A stretch of DNA of 64,000 bases, taken from positions 590,389 through 654,388 of the forward strand of contig CM121343.1 of NCBI GenBank assembly GCA_051530055.1, given 5' to 3'. This DNA is from Neoechinorhynchus agilis. Lineage: Eukaryota; Animalia; Acanthocephala. The notes under the pieces were generated by a model that ran no database searches, was not told the DNA's origin, and saw only the letters and a list, made by a program, of their open reading frames with translations. The first letter of the stretch is position 1. Every line of letters starts with the position of its first letter. Positions 11,580 to 23,035 of this stretch are shown here, in pieces. A program made the position numbers and the translations under genes.

Positions 11580-12339
11580 ATGGATCGGCCGGTGCTTCAT
11601 TACAATGGCGTAACGCTTACGGGGTCAGATCTTGAGTCGCTTCAGAATGAGTCTGGTTGGTTGACCGATAACATCATCTCGTTCGCGTACACTTTTTTCG
11701 AAAATGAAACATATCGCGATTTTAAGGAAGATTTCGAGTTTATTGTACCGTCGGTTGTTCAATTGTTAAAATTGTGTCCTGTAGAAGATCTAAGAGAAAT
11801 CCTGACCACAATGAAGTTGCATGAACAAAATAAGAGGTTTGTGTTTTTTGCGTTATAACAACAAGTCTCCTTGTTGTGGGTGAGTTCACGGAGGTTCGTT
11901 GTTTGTAAACAATCACGACAATAATAATGGTTCTGGTGGAAGCCATTGGAGTCTTCTTGTCCTTGATACTCACGAATGTACACTTCATTCTTACGACTCT
12001 CTCGAAGGAGTTAATTACGAATACGCCGAGGAGTTTCTTAAACGGCTTCGTAAAGCATTATATGGTAGTAGATTAGAACTCAAAGTCCAGCAATGTCCTC
12101 AGCAGAAAAACACCTCTGATTGCGGCATATTTGTTATTCTTGTCACTAAGGCTATTTGCGACGAATACAAGCGATTCAAATGCAAAATTGGCAACCAAAG
12201 CCACGACGAACAATGGGTGCTTCATTTCATGGACGATAAAATCGCTGATATTGTACAAGGTGATGTTCTCGAACAAGGTCGTAAGAGACTCTTCAATATC
12301 ATCGTAAATCACATGCAACGAAGCCCTCCTCCGCTATGA
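11580..12339 (+). CDS. SENP8: SENP8/NEDP1-like (Ulp1 family) protease, interrupted by a 52-nt insert
   Basis: VL.Y....L..SDL..L....WL.DNIISF, GGSHWSLLV, DS, CPQQKNTSDCGIFV motifs in two frames. Confidence 0.85.
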
Positions 12340-12399
12340 TTGATCAACTACAAGTCAAAAGTTTAATGGGCCGAAATAGAGATGTTCCTTGGCAGATCT

Positions 12400-12720
12400 T
12401 AATGTGATAATAATAGAACTTTGTATAGTTTGATTAGCGGCACAATCTCATCGTGTATGTGGCCGTACTCTATAAAATCTCCAGTTTTTCTCACTAATTG
12501 CCATTGTGATCATTTGTAAACAATCTCTTCCACAGAAAATTTCTTCGTCGTTCGAGTTTGACAAATATATCCCAAAAAAATACTCTCGTTCGGAACGATC
12601 TGTACTAGTTGAGGATACCTCCTGATAGGACAATGAGGTCGCCGAAGTCCTTTTTTGATACATGACTGAAGACTTCCAGTGTGATTGAACGAAATATTTC
12701 ATTCTTTGATATATAATTTA
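12400..12720 (-). repeat. Coding-like dispersed repeat fragment homologous to 21070-21280
   Basis: EIFRSITLEVFSHVSKKDFGDLIVLSGGILN versus EIFRPITLDFFSQLSQKEFGNIIALSGGILN. Confidence 0.6.
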
Positions 12721-13419
12721 TTCTCCATCTATGTTTTTTATATGCCGGTTAAAAATTAAAAGAATTTATTGATTCCGAAAGTTTTATCAAGTACAAACAA
12801 ACTTACTATCGGAATCAATAAATTCCCTTTCTCTTAGCAGTTAAAGTCGTGGCGACCACTCCACTTTGCATGATTAATATTTTTCGGCAAGAACCTTCTG
12901 CTGTTTGATAATTTTATTTATCCATTTCCGCACACACAATGGTAATTGTGGCGGTTTAACTGCGTCTTTTTTATCTGTGTTTAAAAGTCCAAAAGGTATC
13001 CTGATTCTAAGATCCTTTAGTACACAATCAATTTCGGTGAGAGGACGGTGGACGTCCCAAATGCCTCCATACCGCGTGATTCAAGTGATATCCAGAATAA
13101 GACTTTTTAGTCGCAAGAAAACTTACAAAAAAGGATTAAGGCAACGATAATAAACTAATTTACGCCAAACCAGTCCCAACGCTGAAGCGGTAAGGAAATC
13201 TTCACGGAATTTTGATGGTAATTTTTCATAATGTTTACAGAATCGTTGAAGGCAAAATTTCTGATTTCAATGTTTAATCATAAAAATCAATTTATTTGAG
13301 AAGTTTCGGATGAACAACCTTGATATTATTGCATACTTGTTTAACTTTATTGGCTTCCAAGTACAGAATTGTGTTCTAATATTTTTTCTTAATTAAATAC
13401 TTATCGAGTCTTTTACCTT

Positions 13420-13731
13420 TCAGGCAAATTAGACCACTTTCACTCATATAGCATCCGATTTCAATGACAGAGCAGCCACATCGAATGCAATTCGCGCATT
13501 TAGGATGCCAATATGTTTCGGCTATTTCGCACAAGTCCTATACCTTGAAATTTGACTAAATGATTCGTTTTTGATACAAACCTCAAGTATGACCGTAGAG
13601 CACAGGTAGCAGCGCGGGGCGATTTTCGAGATAAAATGAAGGTAACAGTAAATATTACCATCAATTTCAATTAATTCCGTCTGCCCGTCAACCAAATTAC
13701 AGCCCGGATACATGCAGCTGATAAACGCCAT
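13420..13731 (-). CDS. LIM-domain protein exons (partial; gene ends not resolved)
   Basis: C..C.....E.DG..YC..HF....APRC..C...I, then YWHP...CIRCGC....C. Confidence 0.6.
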
Positions 13732-14945
13732 CTGATGCCTTATTATGGGAAATAATGCTTATAACTGAGATATTAGATGAATCGATACTTATCAACGACT
13801 ATTGATCGATACTGTTTCTTGCGCACTTCAAGAGGACCTTTTACGAGGTTCCAAGCGTTGATTTTATCCACCGTGAAAACCGAATCTAAATTCATCTTTG
13901 ATGAATAGACCGGATGCCTACACCGAAAACGAGTTACGTTATTTAGAATCCCAACCAATTTAAATACCTCATTGATAGATGTGCAGGTTCGCCTGCCATC
14001 TTTGCGAGTCTAGGAAACTCAAGTTGATCGTGTCTTTTCTTTTTCTTTTTGCAGCTTTCTGAAAAACAAGCTCTATCGTGAGAGCAATAACCGCAATTCA
14101 TATCACTACTGTCTACATGCAGATATAAGTTTTAAATTTATTAAATTGTATATTTACCTGTTAGAGCGGTTCTTAGATGTGTCGGGTGAACGTCAATCTG
14201 CTTCATGAGTCCTCTTTTCGAATTAAAATATATTTGAGAAGCATATATTCGTATTTCTTAAAATTAAAAAATTTGAAGATACAAATCAAGGTGATTACAA
14301 GAAAGGAATTTCGAATATTTGGCTAGAATGATATTTAAAAAGTAATGAGAAGGAAACTAATGGGAAAAAATCTGTACAAAAAGAAGATGGAAAAAATGTT
14401 GTAAACCTACCAAGAAACCATAATAATCAGTGGCATCCCTCAAAGATGCTAAAGTCATCAATGTTCAACTGCATTAAGAAAAATAAAAAGGATGATGTAT
14501 TTTAAACAATAAGCGAAACGATTTGAATCGCAAAAGCACACGGAATTTTATGAATCTATCACAAAAATTGCACAAGCAGTTTAGTACCAACCTAAATCTT
14601 TTATGTCTTTATAATTATTCTTCATGTCAGCTTAAGAGCCGCAACCACAAACATCACCAAAAAGTATAAATGAGAACAGGACGTGACTGGTGGAACCAAC
14701 AAACGTGACAAACAACATTAGCCCAGAATATTTCGAAAATCTTTAACTTTTCTGATTACACGAACAAAAATATGGTAACGCATCTTTAATAAACTAAAAT
14801 GACGATTAAATAGATTTTTTTAAGAACCGCTCAATTTTTACCGATGAAAACGCCACGTGAGTCAAAATACTTTAAATAACCAAAAAGATGAAGATCAATA
14901 CTGAACGTTGTACAAGCAAACCAGGGCAAAAGGATAGGGAAAGGA

Positions 14946-16438
14946 GGACGCTTTATTCCACTTTTACAGAACGTTTACAACACTCACACAACCGCATACA
15001 CAAATAAATGGTTAATGATTAGTCGATCGATTTAATGACGTGCGATCGCGTATAATCATTTGACACTATTTTATGGCCTTTATGAGAAATATTCAATGGT
15101 CAATGCAACGACCATTGATATTTTTGTCCATTTGAGGTAAAGTGGACGCTTTATTCCACTTTTACAGAACGTTTACAACACTCACACAACCGCATACACA
15201 AATAAATGGTTAATGATTAGTCGATCGGTTTAATGACGTGCGATCGCGTATAATCATTTGACACTATTTTATGGCCTTTATGAGAAATATTCAATGGTCA
15301 ATGCAACGACCATTGATATTTTTGTCCATTTGAGGTAAAGTGGACGCTTTATTCCACTTTTACAGAACGTTTACAACACTCACACAACCGCATACACAAA
15401 TAAATGGTTAATGATTAGTCGATCGATTTAATGACGTGCGATCGCGTATAATCATTTGACACTATTTTATGGCCTTTATGAGAAATATTCAATGGTCAAT
15501 GCAACGACCATTGATATTTTTGTCCATTTGAGGTAAAGTGGACGCTTTACTCCACTTTTACAGAACGTTTACAACACTCACACAACCGCATACACAAATA
15601 AATGGTTAATGATTAGTCGATCGGTTTAATGACGTGCGATCGCGTATAATCATTTGACACTATTTTATGGCCTTTATGAGAAATATTCAATGGTCAATGC
15701 AACGACCATTGATATTTTTGTCCATTTGAGGTAAAGTGGACGCTTTATTCCACTTTTACAGAACGTTTACAACACTCACACAACCGCATACACAAATAAA
15801 TGGTTAATGATTAGTCGATCGGTTTAATGACGTGCGATCGCGTATAATCATTTGACACTATTTTATGGCCTTTATGAGAAATATTCAATGGTCAATGCAA
15901 CGACCATTGATATTTTTGTCCATTTGAGGTAAAGTGGACGCTTTATTCCACTTTTACAGAACGTTTACAACACTCACACAACCGCATACACAAATAAATG
16001 GTTAATGATTAGTCGATCGGTTTAATGACGTGCGATCGCGTATAATCATTTGACACTATTTTATGGCCTTTATGAGAAATATTCAATGGTCAATGCAACG
16101 ACCATTGATATTTTTGTCCATTTGAGGTAAAGTGGACGCTTTATTCCACTTTTACAGAACGTTTACAACACTCACACAACCGCATACACAAATAAATGGT
16201 TAATGATTAGTCGATCGATTTAATGACGTGCGATCGCGTATAATCATTTGACACTATTTTATGGCCTTTATGAGAAATATTCAATGGTCAATGCAACGAC
16301 CATTGATATTTTTGTCCATTTGAGGTAAAGTGGACGCTTTATTCCACTTTTACAGAACGTTTACAACACTCACACAACCGCATACACAAATAAATTGTTA
16401 ATGATTAGTCGATCGATTTAATGACGTGCGATCGCGTA
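14946..16438. repeat. 198-bp near-identical tandem array, ~7.5 copies
   Basis: GGACGCTTTA(T/C)TCC at 14946, 15144, 15342, 15540, 15738, 15936, 16134 and 16332. Confidence 0.97.
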
Positions 16439-16903
16439 TCTTCTATATTCTTAGAATTTATCATTTTGTGAAGTTTCGGTCCTCTTTATTTTTCATTGCC
16501 AGTACGGCGTATGTAGTATTGGTGTAGATCGACAAAGGTTGAATTTTCTTTGTAAGCTGAAGAGATTTTCTTTTAAGTATGAGCATGATTATGCGCGAGC
16601 TGATGCGTTGATTGTTCCCATCAAAATAACTGATTTTTGACTAAAAATCGATAAAATTCCATTTATTGTAGTGTTGAAGCTGTTTCAAGCAAGAGTGGAT
16701 ATCATTGATTTCTTAATGTGTTGGTCATGGCGTATTGTGATACTTTAAGGATCAACTATGTTCATCATCCTACAGGTAATGGGATGAACCAGGATTACCT
16801 GTGACAGACGCAATAGACGCGTAGGAAGTCGTTCAACTACTATGAGTTTGTATGCGTGTTCAAAAGCTTTTAAACTCTTCTAAGTAGCGAGATCGTCAAA
16901 GCT

Positions 16904-18051
16904 ATGGGAAATTCATCCTCAGAAATCGAGATTGTTTTAATAGATCGGCCGGATAAGGTCTATTATGCGGGTGAAACAGTTAGTGGATTTTTATCAGCCC
17001 CGGAGGAAGAAGTGATAAGAATGCAAAAAGCGACTATTGCCTTGATTGGTAAAGTCCATTTGTCACAGGATGCTAACATTGATTCGAATGTGATACGGTA
17101 CTTTGGAACCAAATATATGAGTTCGAAAGCTCGAGAGTTTCACAAACAAAAGTGCATGATTTACAAGAGAAAGGAAGTCTCGGCTTATACGGATACATCG
17201 TCGACTATTTCAAGTATTATGATGGATGACGATCGTCGTGTCCGGTACAACACGGGTCGTTCATCGATGTCTTCAGAGACAAGCGGTACATCGGACGGAG
17301 GCTGGTGTCCTACGTTCAGTTTTAAGCTACCGAGAGATTTACCTTCGCATACAAACAAACTAAAGCACCCAGCAGTGTTGTATACATTACTTGCGACTGC
17401 ATCGTTCGTAAATTCTCCAAAATACTTTAGACACCTTAATATCAGAGTTCTTGCGAGAGCATCACAAGAACCCACAGCTCCTCTGGAAGGAAGCGTCTTT
17501 CCTAAGGATTCCTTGGCTGAAGAATCAAGAATTGATGGTAAGAATATTCTTATGGTTGCGCCTTCTGATGGTGCTTATACTTGTGTCCAATGTAAGCTGG
17601 ATAAGGTTAGGTTTGAAAATACGGACGTTATAAATATGTCGATTGAACAAACTCCTGGTTTAGACGGGAGTACTTTAAAAGCTACCGTTTCCCATTTATT
17701 GGGCTTTTATGAAATTTACATGAGAGTGGTAGCGTAAGATCCCTAAAGTGCGCAATGATTTCCATTGAGAAAATATGTGCAACAGAACATGTTTATTGTC
17801 TTCACAAGAGTGAGCATAGGTTCCGGCACTTCGACGAGGAGTCAGTTCAAGTTATAAACATTTATTCTGGATCGTCAATAATCCCTCCTACACATCAATA
17901 CACTTCACATAACGGGCTCATACACATATCCAGAAGGTATCAAATCGAGCTTTCGTTCAAATTCACGAATGGGAACACCATGAGGAAGACGTGGCCTATC
18001 ATGATATTTAACTCAAACTCAACAATTATACATAAAGGATCTAATGAATAA
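16904..18051 (+). CDS. Arrestin-domain (alpha-arrestin-like) protein, probable 38-nt intron 17687-17724
   Basis: IEIVL..PDKVYYAGETVSG, FSFKLP.DLPS, V.YTL.A motifs; a GT-AG intron joins the two ORFs in frame. Confidence 0.6.
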
Positions 18052-18477
18052 CATAATTTTTAGATGTTTTGCAGATTCTGTAACTAAATGTGAACGACCT
18101 TATAATATAGTGCAATCCCACATATATTCTCAAATCAGTATCGACGCCGACAAATGGAATGCGATTTAATCAAACTGTTGAAAAACTCCATTTTTCTGTC
18201 CGTGTACACTTAAATTTTTCATATTCAATAAAGATCGCGGTTTGTCGATTTTGTATACGAGATCAATAACATTGGCGCCTTGAAGCAGAGTTTATACACT
18301 ACGAGAGTGACTTCATACAGATTCCTGATCGGTATGAACAAATGATTAAAAATATAATCAAAATTCCACGTTAAATTTTAAAAGGACTACATTTGGAATT
18401 GCTCATCATTGGTTTAACAATTTACCTTAACTTCGAAAATTAAATACCTTTACACTTTCCCATTTCCGTAAAAAAAG

Positions 18478-18778
18478 GATCATCTACATTAGGGTTTAAA
18501 AATATATTCGAAGTTTTAAATAATGAATTTTTTTCTATTAGTTGAGAAATCCGTCTAATGCGCTAAAGATTGAAGACCGACGTTTCTTTTCCTTCACTTT
18601 TTAAAGTTAAGATGTACAATATTGAATAGATCATCTACATTAGGTTTAAAAATATACTCGAAGTTCTAAATAATGAAATTTTTTTCTATTAGTTGAGAAA
18701 TCCGTCTAATGCGCTAAAGATTGAAGACCGACGTTTCTTCTCCTTCACATTTTTAAAGTTAAGATGTACAATATTGAA
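18478..18778. repeat. 151-bp tandem duplication
   Basis: GATCATCTACATTAGG at 18478 and 18629. Confidence 0.9.
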
Positions 18779-19283
18779 CAGGAACTCATTACGACTCTTT
18801 TTTCTTATTCACTTGAGGAGGCATTTCTATTGCAAGTAACGATCATTACAATGAAAAGTGATTTATGGCATCAAGGACTCATTTGAAGGTTATAGGAAGC
18901 AATTGAAATTAGTCCAAATATTCACAAATTTCGTGCTTGATCCGCAGATCACGTAAAGCAATACTGGTAATTATCGTCCTGCGAAATCCTTCGGAAATTC
19001 GGACCTTCTGACATTGACAAGCGATGAAACAAGCCTTTTTAGAATTTGGAAAGTAATTGATTGGAGCATCCGTTCAAAAAAATAAAACAGAACGCAAATT
19101 CGGGCAAATGTATTTAAATTAAATATTAAATTTCGTGCTTGTAGACAATGGGATTAATTTATGATTAAAATGGAAGTGTCGCTCACCGGCTTAATGATTA
19201 CCATCACTGCCATGTTGCGGTGAGCATTACATTCGGGTTGTTCGATATCTTATTTGTTTTAAGATTGAAATCTTCACGCTTTT

Positions 19284-20351
19284 TTATACAGAGGAAAAAT
19301 TGAAGTAATTTATTAGGTTCGATATCTTGGAGGCACAATATTGTGCCTTTATCGAGGTTGTAAAAGTGTTATTTTCTGCACTTGAATTCAATTTTCCGCC
19401 ATAAAAAAGATATGTTATTATTTTGGTCGGTACCCGAGACAAGCACATGAACAATTTCGCGAGAACTTGGGCAAGATTACGCGCCATGCACAATCCATCA
19501 ACTTGATCGTAGCTCTTATCTTCGAAATTGAGATTCGTGTTCCTCGTGTACATGTATAAGAGTTCCTTCCATACGAGTTTGCTTATTGCGTTGAAGTATA
19601 GGAATCGCAAGGTTGATCGCTGAGTCCAATTTCGAAACCATTCTAAATTCTGTATTCCCGTGCGCCTTCAATCTTCCCATTAATTCTACATTCGATGATC
19701 ATGTGCACTCATTCACCGGCATTAAATTTCTCAAAATGCTAGTCAATTTATCGAGAAGTGTAAGATGAGGATTTTTAACCATGCAATGCTGAATTATGGA
19801 CACCCACAGTCGACCGATTTCGACCAGGGAAGCGCCGGCCTGCGCTCAGTGCCCTTTGACCCAAACTAGGATATCTCAGTTTGGGTCAAAGGGTTAAAAA
19901 TTCGTTACCGCCGATGACGCATAACCAGAGGGCGAGATATCGATGAAGTAAGGAAACTCACTGATAAGTCCCGCCTCCTCGGAGGATATTAAAACTTATA
20001 ATTGTACGGTTATAGCCATTGAGAGCAGATCAGCGCTCCCCTGACCGAAATCGGTGGACTGCGGGTGTCCATAATTCAGTCGCATATTGTTAAAATCTCA
20101 TCTTACAAATCTCGAAAAAAAACATGCTGAAGCACGAATAAAAATGTTAAAATACTAGCGAATGTCCTAGCTGTTTTGATATGGTATGCAGAATGTGAGG
20201 CAATGATTGACATAGATTTCAATGGCGACTTATGTATTTTGGCCAATAAGTACATATTCGGTGTTTTCCCATTGCTGGATTGATGTTTTTGGTATATTTC
20301 AGAATGGATCTTACCACGCTTCATCAGCGTTAATAAGGATTGATTAAACAT
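19284..20351 (-). pseudogene. Penelope-type RT remnants split by a fold-back insertion
   Basis: PNMYLLAKIHK (20103-20351) and F.F....Y.QVDGLCM...LA.LFM (19284-19610). Confidence 0.65.
19751..20116. mobile_element. Fold-back element with ~85-bp imperfect terminal inverted repeats enclosing a degenerate hammerhead-family copy
   Basis: 19751-19835 pairs with 20033-20116; internal 16-bp perfect inverted repeat CCCTTTGACCCAAACT; GAAACTCACTGATAAGTCCCGCCTCCTCGGAG inside. Confidence 0.7.
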
Positions 20352-20748
20352 CTTTTCGCGTTTAATAATAAAGCATTCATCATTAGATCGGAAGTCTGGA
20401 CCAGGTAGGATATCCGCAGCCAGCCTATGATAGTACTATCGTCTAGTACTCAGAATCCTTTATCTTTGCCCAACCTCAAGATACATATATTCTTAATTCG
20501 ATTAAGATCATTCATCGCTAAAATCAGTCTTTGGATTAGGTTAGTCGGTTTTCTCTTTTTTCTTTTATGTGGTTTTGATTCCCGTAAAATTGGACTTTAA
20601 GATCATCTTTTTCCATTTCAATACGGAGTCTCATGGTGTTGAGTTTTCAAAAAGGAACCGATCCATTACTGAGTGTGAGTACCTCCTAGTTAGAGCCATT
20701 AATTTCCTATAATGCTTTTCCCCCTATCAGAGTTTACCCAAGACCTTA

Positions 20749-21000
20749 TTGGCAAACTACCAGAGCAAACGTACGCTCGTCTATTCCAAACGAAGGAAGA
20801 ATCTTCGTGGCCTGATCTGTCCGAGCAATCGTGAATCCCAAGTGGTGCGGTATATAGAATACCTTTCTCGGATTGTGATCGCCAACTTTGGGAGGAGGAT
20901 GAGGGAACATCGCTATTCACTGAAGAAACGGGACACGAACTCCATTGTGGTTTCCCACTCTCTGATAGGATCGATATTAACGACAGATATTTGTTGGTAT
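20749..21000 (+). pseudogene. GIY-YIG endonuclease remnant (Penelope-like)
   Basis: NFGRRMREHRYSLKKRDTNSIVVSH motif. Confidence 0.5.
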
Positions 21001-21449
21001 GCAATGACCACAAGGTTGAAAGTGTTATTATCGAGGTCATGTACATTCAGGGAGCCAGGGAAACAAGACAGATTATTCCCTAAAGTTGAGGATACCGCCT
21101 GATAAGGCAATGATGTTGCCGAATTCCTTTTGAGATAATTGACTGAAGAAGTCCAGCGTGATTGGACGAAATATTTCAATTAAAGTCAGTCTTTGATACA
21201 TAATTTTCCCCGCTTTCACATACTCATGGATTTTATCTTTAATTTTACGTATTATCAACTCTTGTTCCTTGTGAATCATCCCGATGAAATCTTGGAGGAT
21301 TAGAGTCCCTCTACTTGTCGCCCTTTTCTACTCAAGTTAATCCTGGTTGAATGAAAAAGGCCACCAATGTGCTTCCTCTGTTGATTCGGTCCATTATACC
21401 AAATGCGGCGCTTCTAAGGTGCATAAAAGTGGGGCTTAGCCGGTATAAA

Positions 21450-21616
21450 AATGTCGATATGTGAGGTACCAGGGGGAATGTGATTGGAATTATTACGCCG
21501 ATCTAACGTCGTAAACACTTGCAAACAAACTGATGATGAACCCGACGAGGTTCGCAGAACGTCTTTAATAAATAATTATTTACCGCGGGTGTAGACTTCT
21601 AAACACAATAATTCCT
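21450..21616 (+). repeat. Short non-autonomous element with altered minimal hammerhead motif
   Basis: CTGATGATGAACCCGACGAGGTTCGCAGAACGTC from 21530; related copies at 32420-32875, 36502-36601 and 38700-38820. Confidence 0.75.
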
Positions 21617-23035
21617 TAATCGGTACGAGTGACAGAGACTGACGAACTCGCATGTACAATGATCCCAAATGAGTCCAGCAGCGCCATCCGTGACCAATAC
21701 ATAAAAACAGGACTTTCACAAGTTCCACTTGAATTTAATGAAAGGAGAAACAAAGTGATCGCGTACATTGCCGTACCAAAGGTGACCTTTTTCAGTCGCA
21801 GCGGAAACAAGTGGGTTTTGATAATTCAAAATCAGTATTTTCTTAACTGTTGACATGTAGAACAACACAAATAAAATAAAAAACGAATAATATTACCCAT
21901 ATTAAGAAGAAATTTAAGAAAATAACAGAAAATGCAAGGATAGAATTTAAAAGGACAATAAGGGTCATTGAATTTATCATGAAAAACCTATATACAATGT
22001 GAGCCTTGATGATATTTTTGAACTCATTGAAGTATACATTCCCTGGCCGATTAGATTGGAAATAGATGACTGATAGCGGGTCCAACTATTTTTCTATTTT
22101 CGTAGAAATTCTTTAGATTTAAGCGTGATTATTAAGTTACCGTTGCACGTAAAAAGCTCGATGCTAACAACACATAAGAAGAAAGTCTTTGCCGGGACGA
22201 TCGGATAATTGTTCAACCAGTATAAGAGGAAAAGTATGAAATTTTCGGTTATTCCAAGCAAATCTATAGAGAATCATTTTTCTAACAAGTTTTAAAGCAA
22301 ATAATAAAAATGAGCAAACTCTAAATTAATTATACATAATATAGAATTTAAAAGTGATGCAATCGGCGAGACTCGCTGTACGTAATAAACTACTATTTAA
22401 AATATTAACTTTTTATGTTTTTATAAATAAATCGAATAAATTCCATTTCGAAGTTCGGGGGATGTCTCGATTAGTGTAAATTTGAATGACGAAGGTCTTC
22501 AAGGTTCGTAGGCCGAATTCGCACACATTTAGCGTCATTATTGCTATGATCGGCTTCTTGAATATCAGCGTGATAAGTCAATAATTTTTCTGCTGTAAAG
22601 AAATTGTTTTCGTGGACATATTTTGTTTGATGATATATAAATGATTTATTAATTTTCTTTTCACACGATATTTCGTCCTTCTCGTCGGACTTTATGAAAA
22701 CGAACGACCAAACAAAATAAATAATTTTTTTACAGTGGTGAATTGAATCCTCAACATTAATGTGCATCTCCCAGTTACCGAGAACTGGACGCTTCTCCTT
22801 ACGTAAGACGACTGATTAAGTTTCTGCAGCTGCAGTCCTTTTCGTCGCCATCCAATCGCAATAGACCGCACTTTAGCAACCCGCGTACATAAACGCACAC
22901 AGCACCCAGTATCGCGAACGCAACTGCGCACACTCGACCAACCGTCGTCACTTTGGTTAATTGAGGGAGACGACAGATCGAAAGCAGGATTTCCAAGTTA
23001 AAACCATCAATTCGAAAACGAAGTCAATACTAATC

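Noticed and set aside
14946-16438. Twister ribozyme (TAAAGTGGA, AACACT) or a definite SL RNA gene
   Set aside because: The U-A cleavage site, P4 and GC pseudoknot are absent, and the Sm-like site is on the wrong side of the donor. Kept only as a low-confidence hypothesis.
17680-17760. Frameshift in the arrestin-like gene
   Set aside because: Resolved by a canonical 38-nt GT-AG intron (17687-17724).
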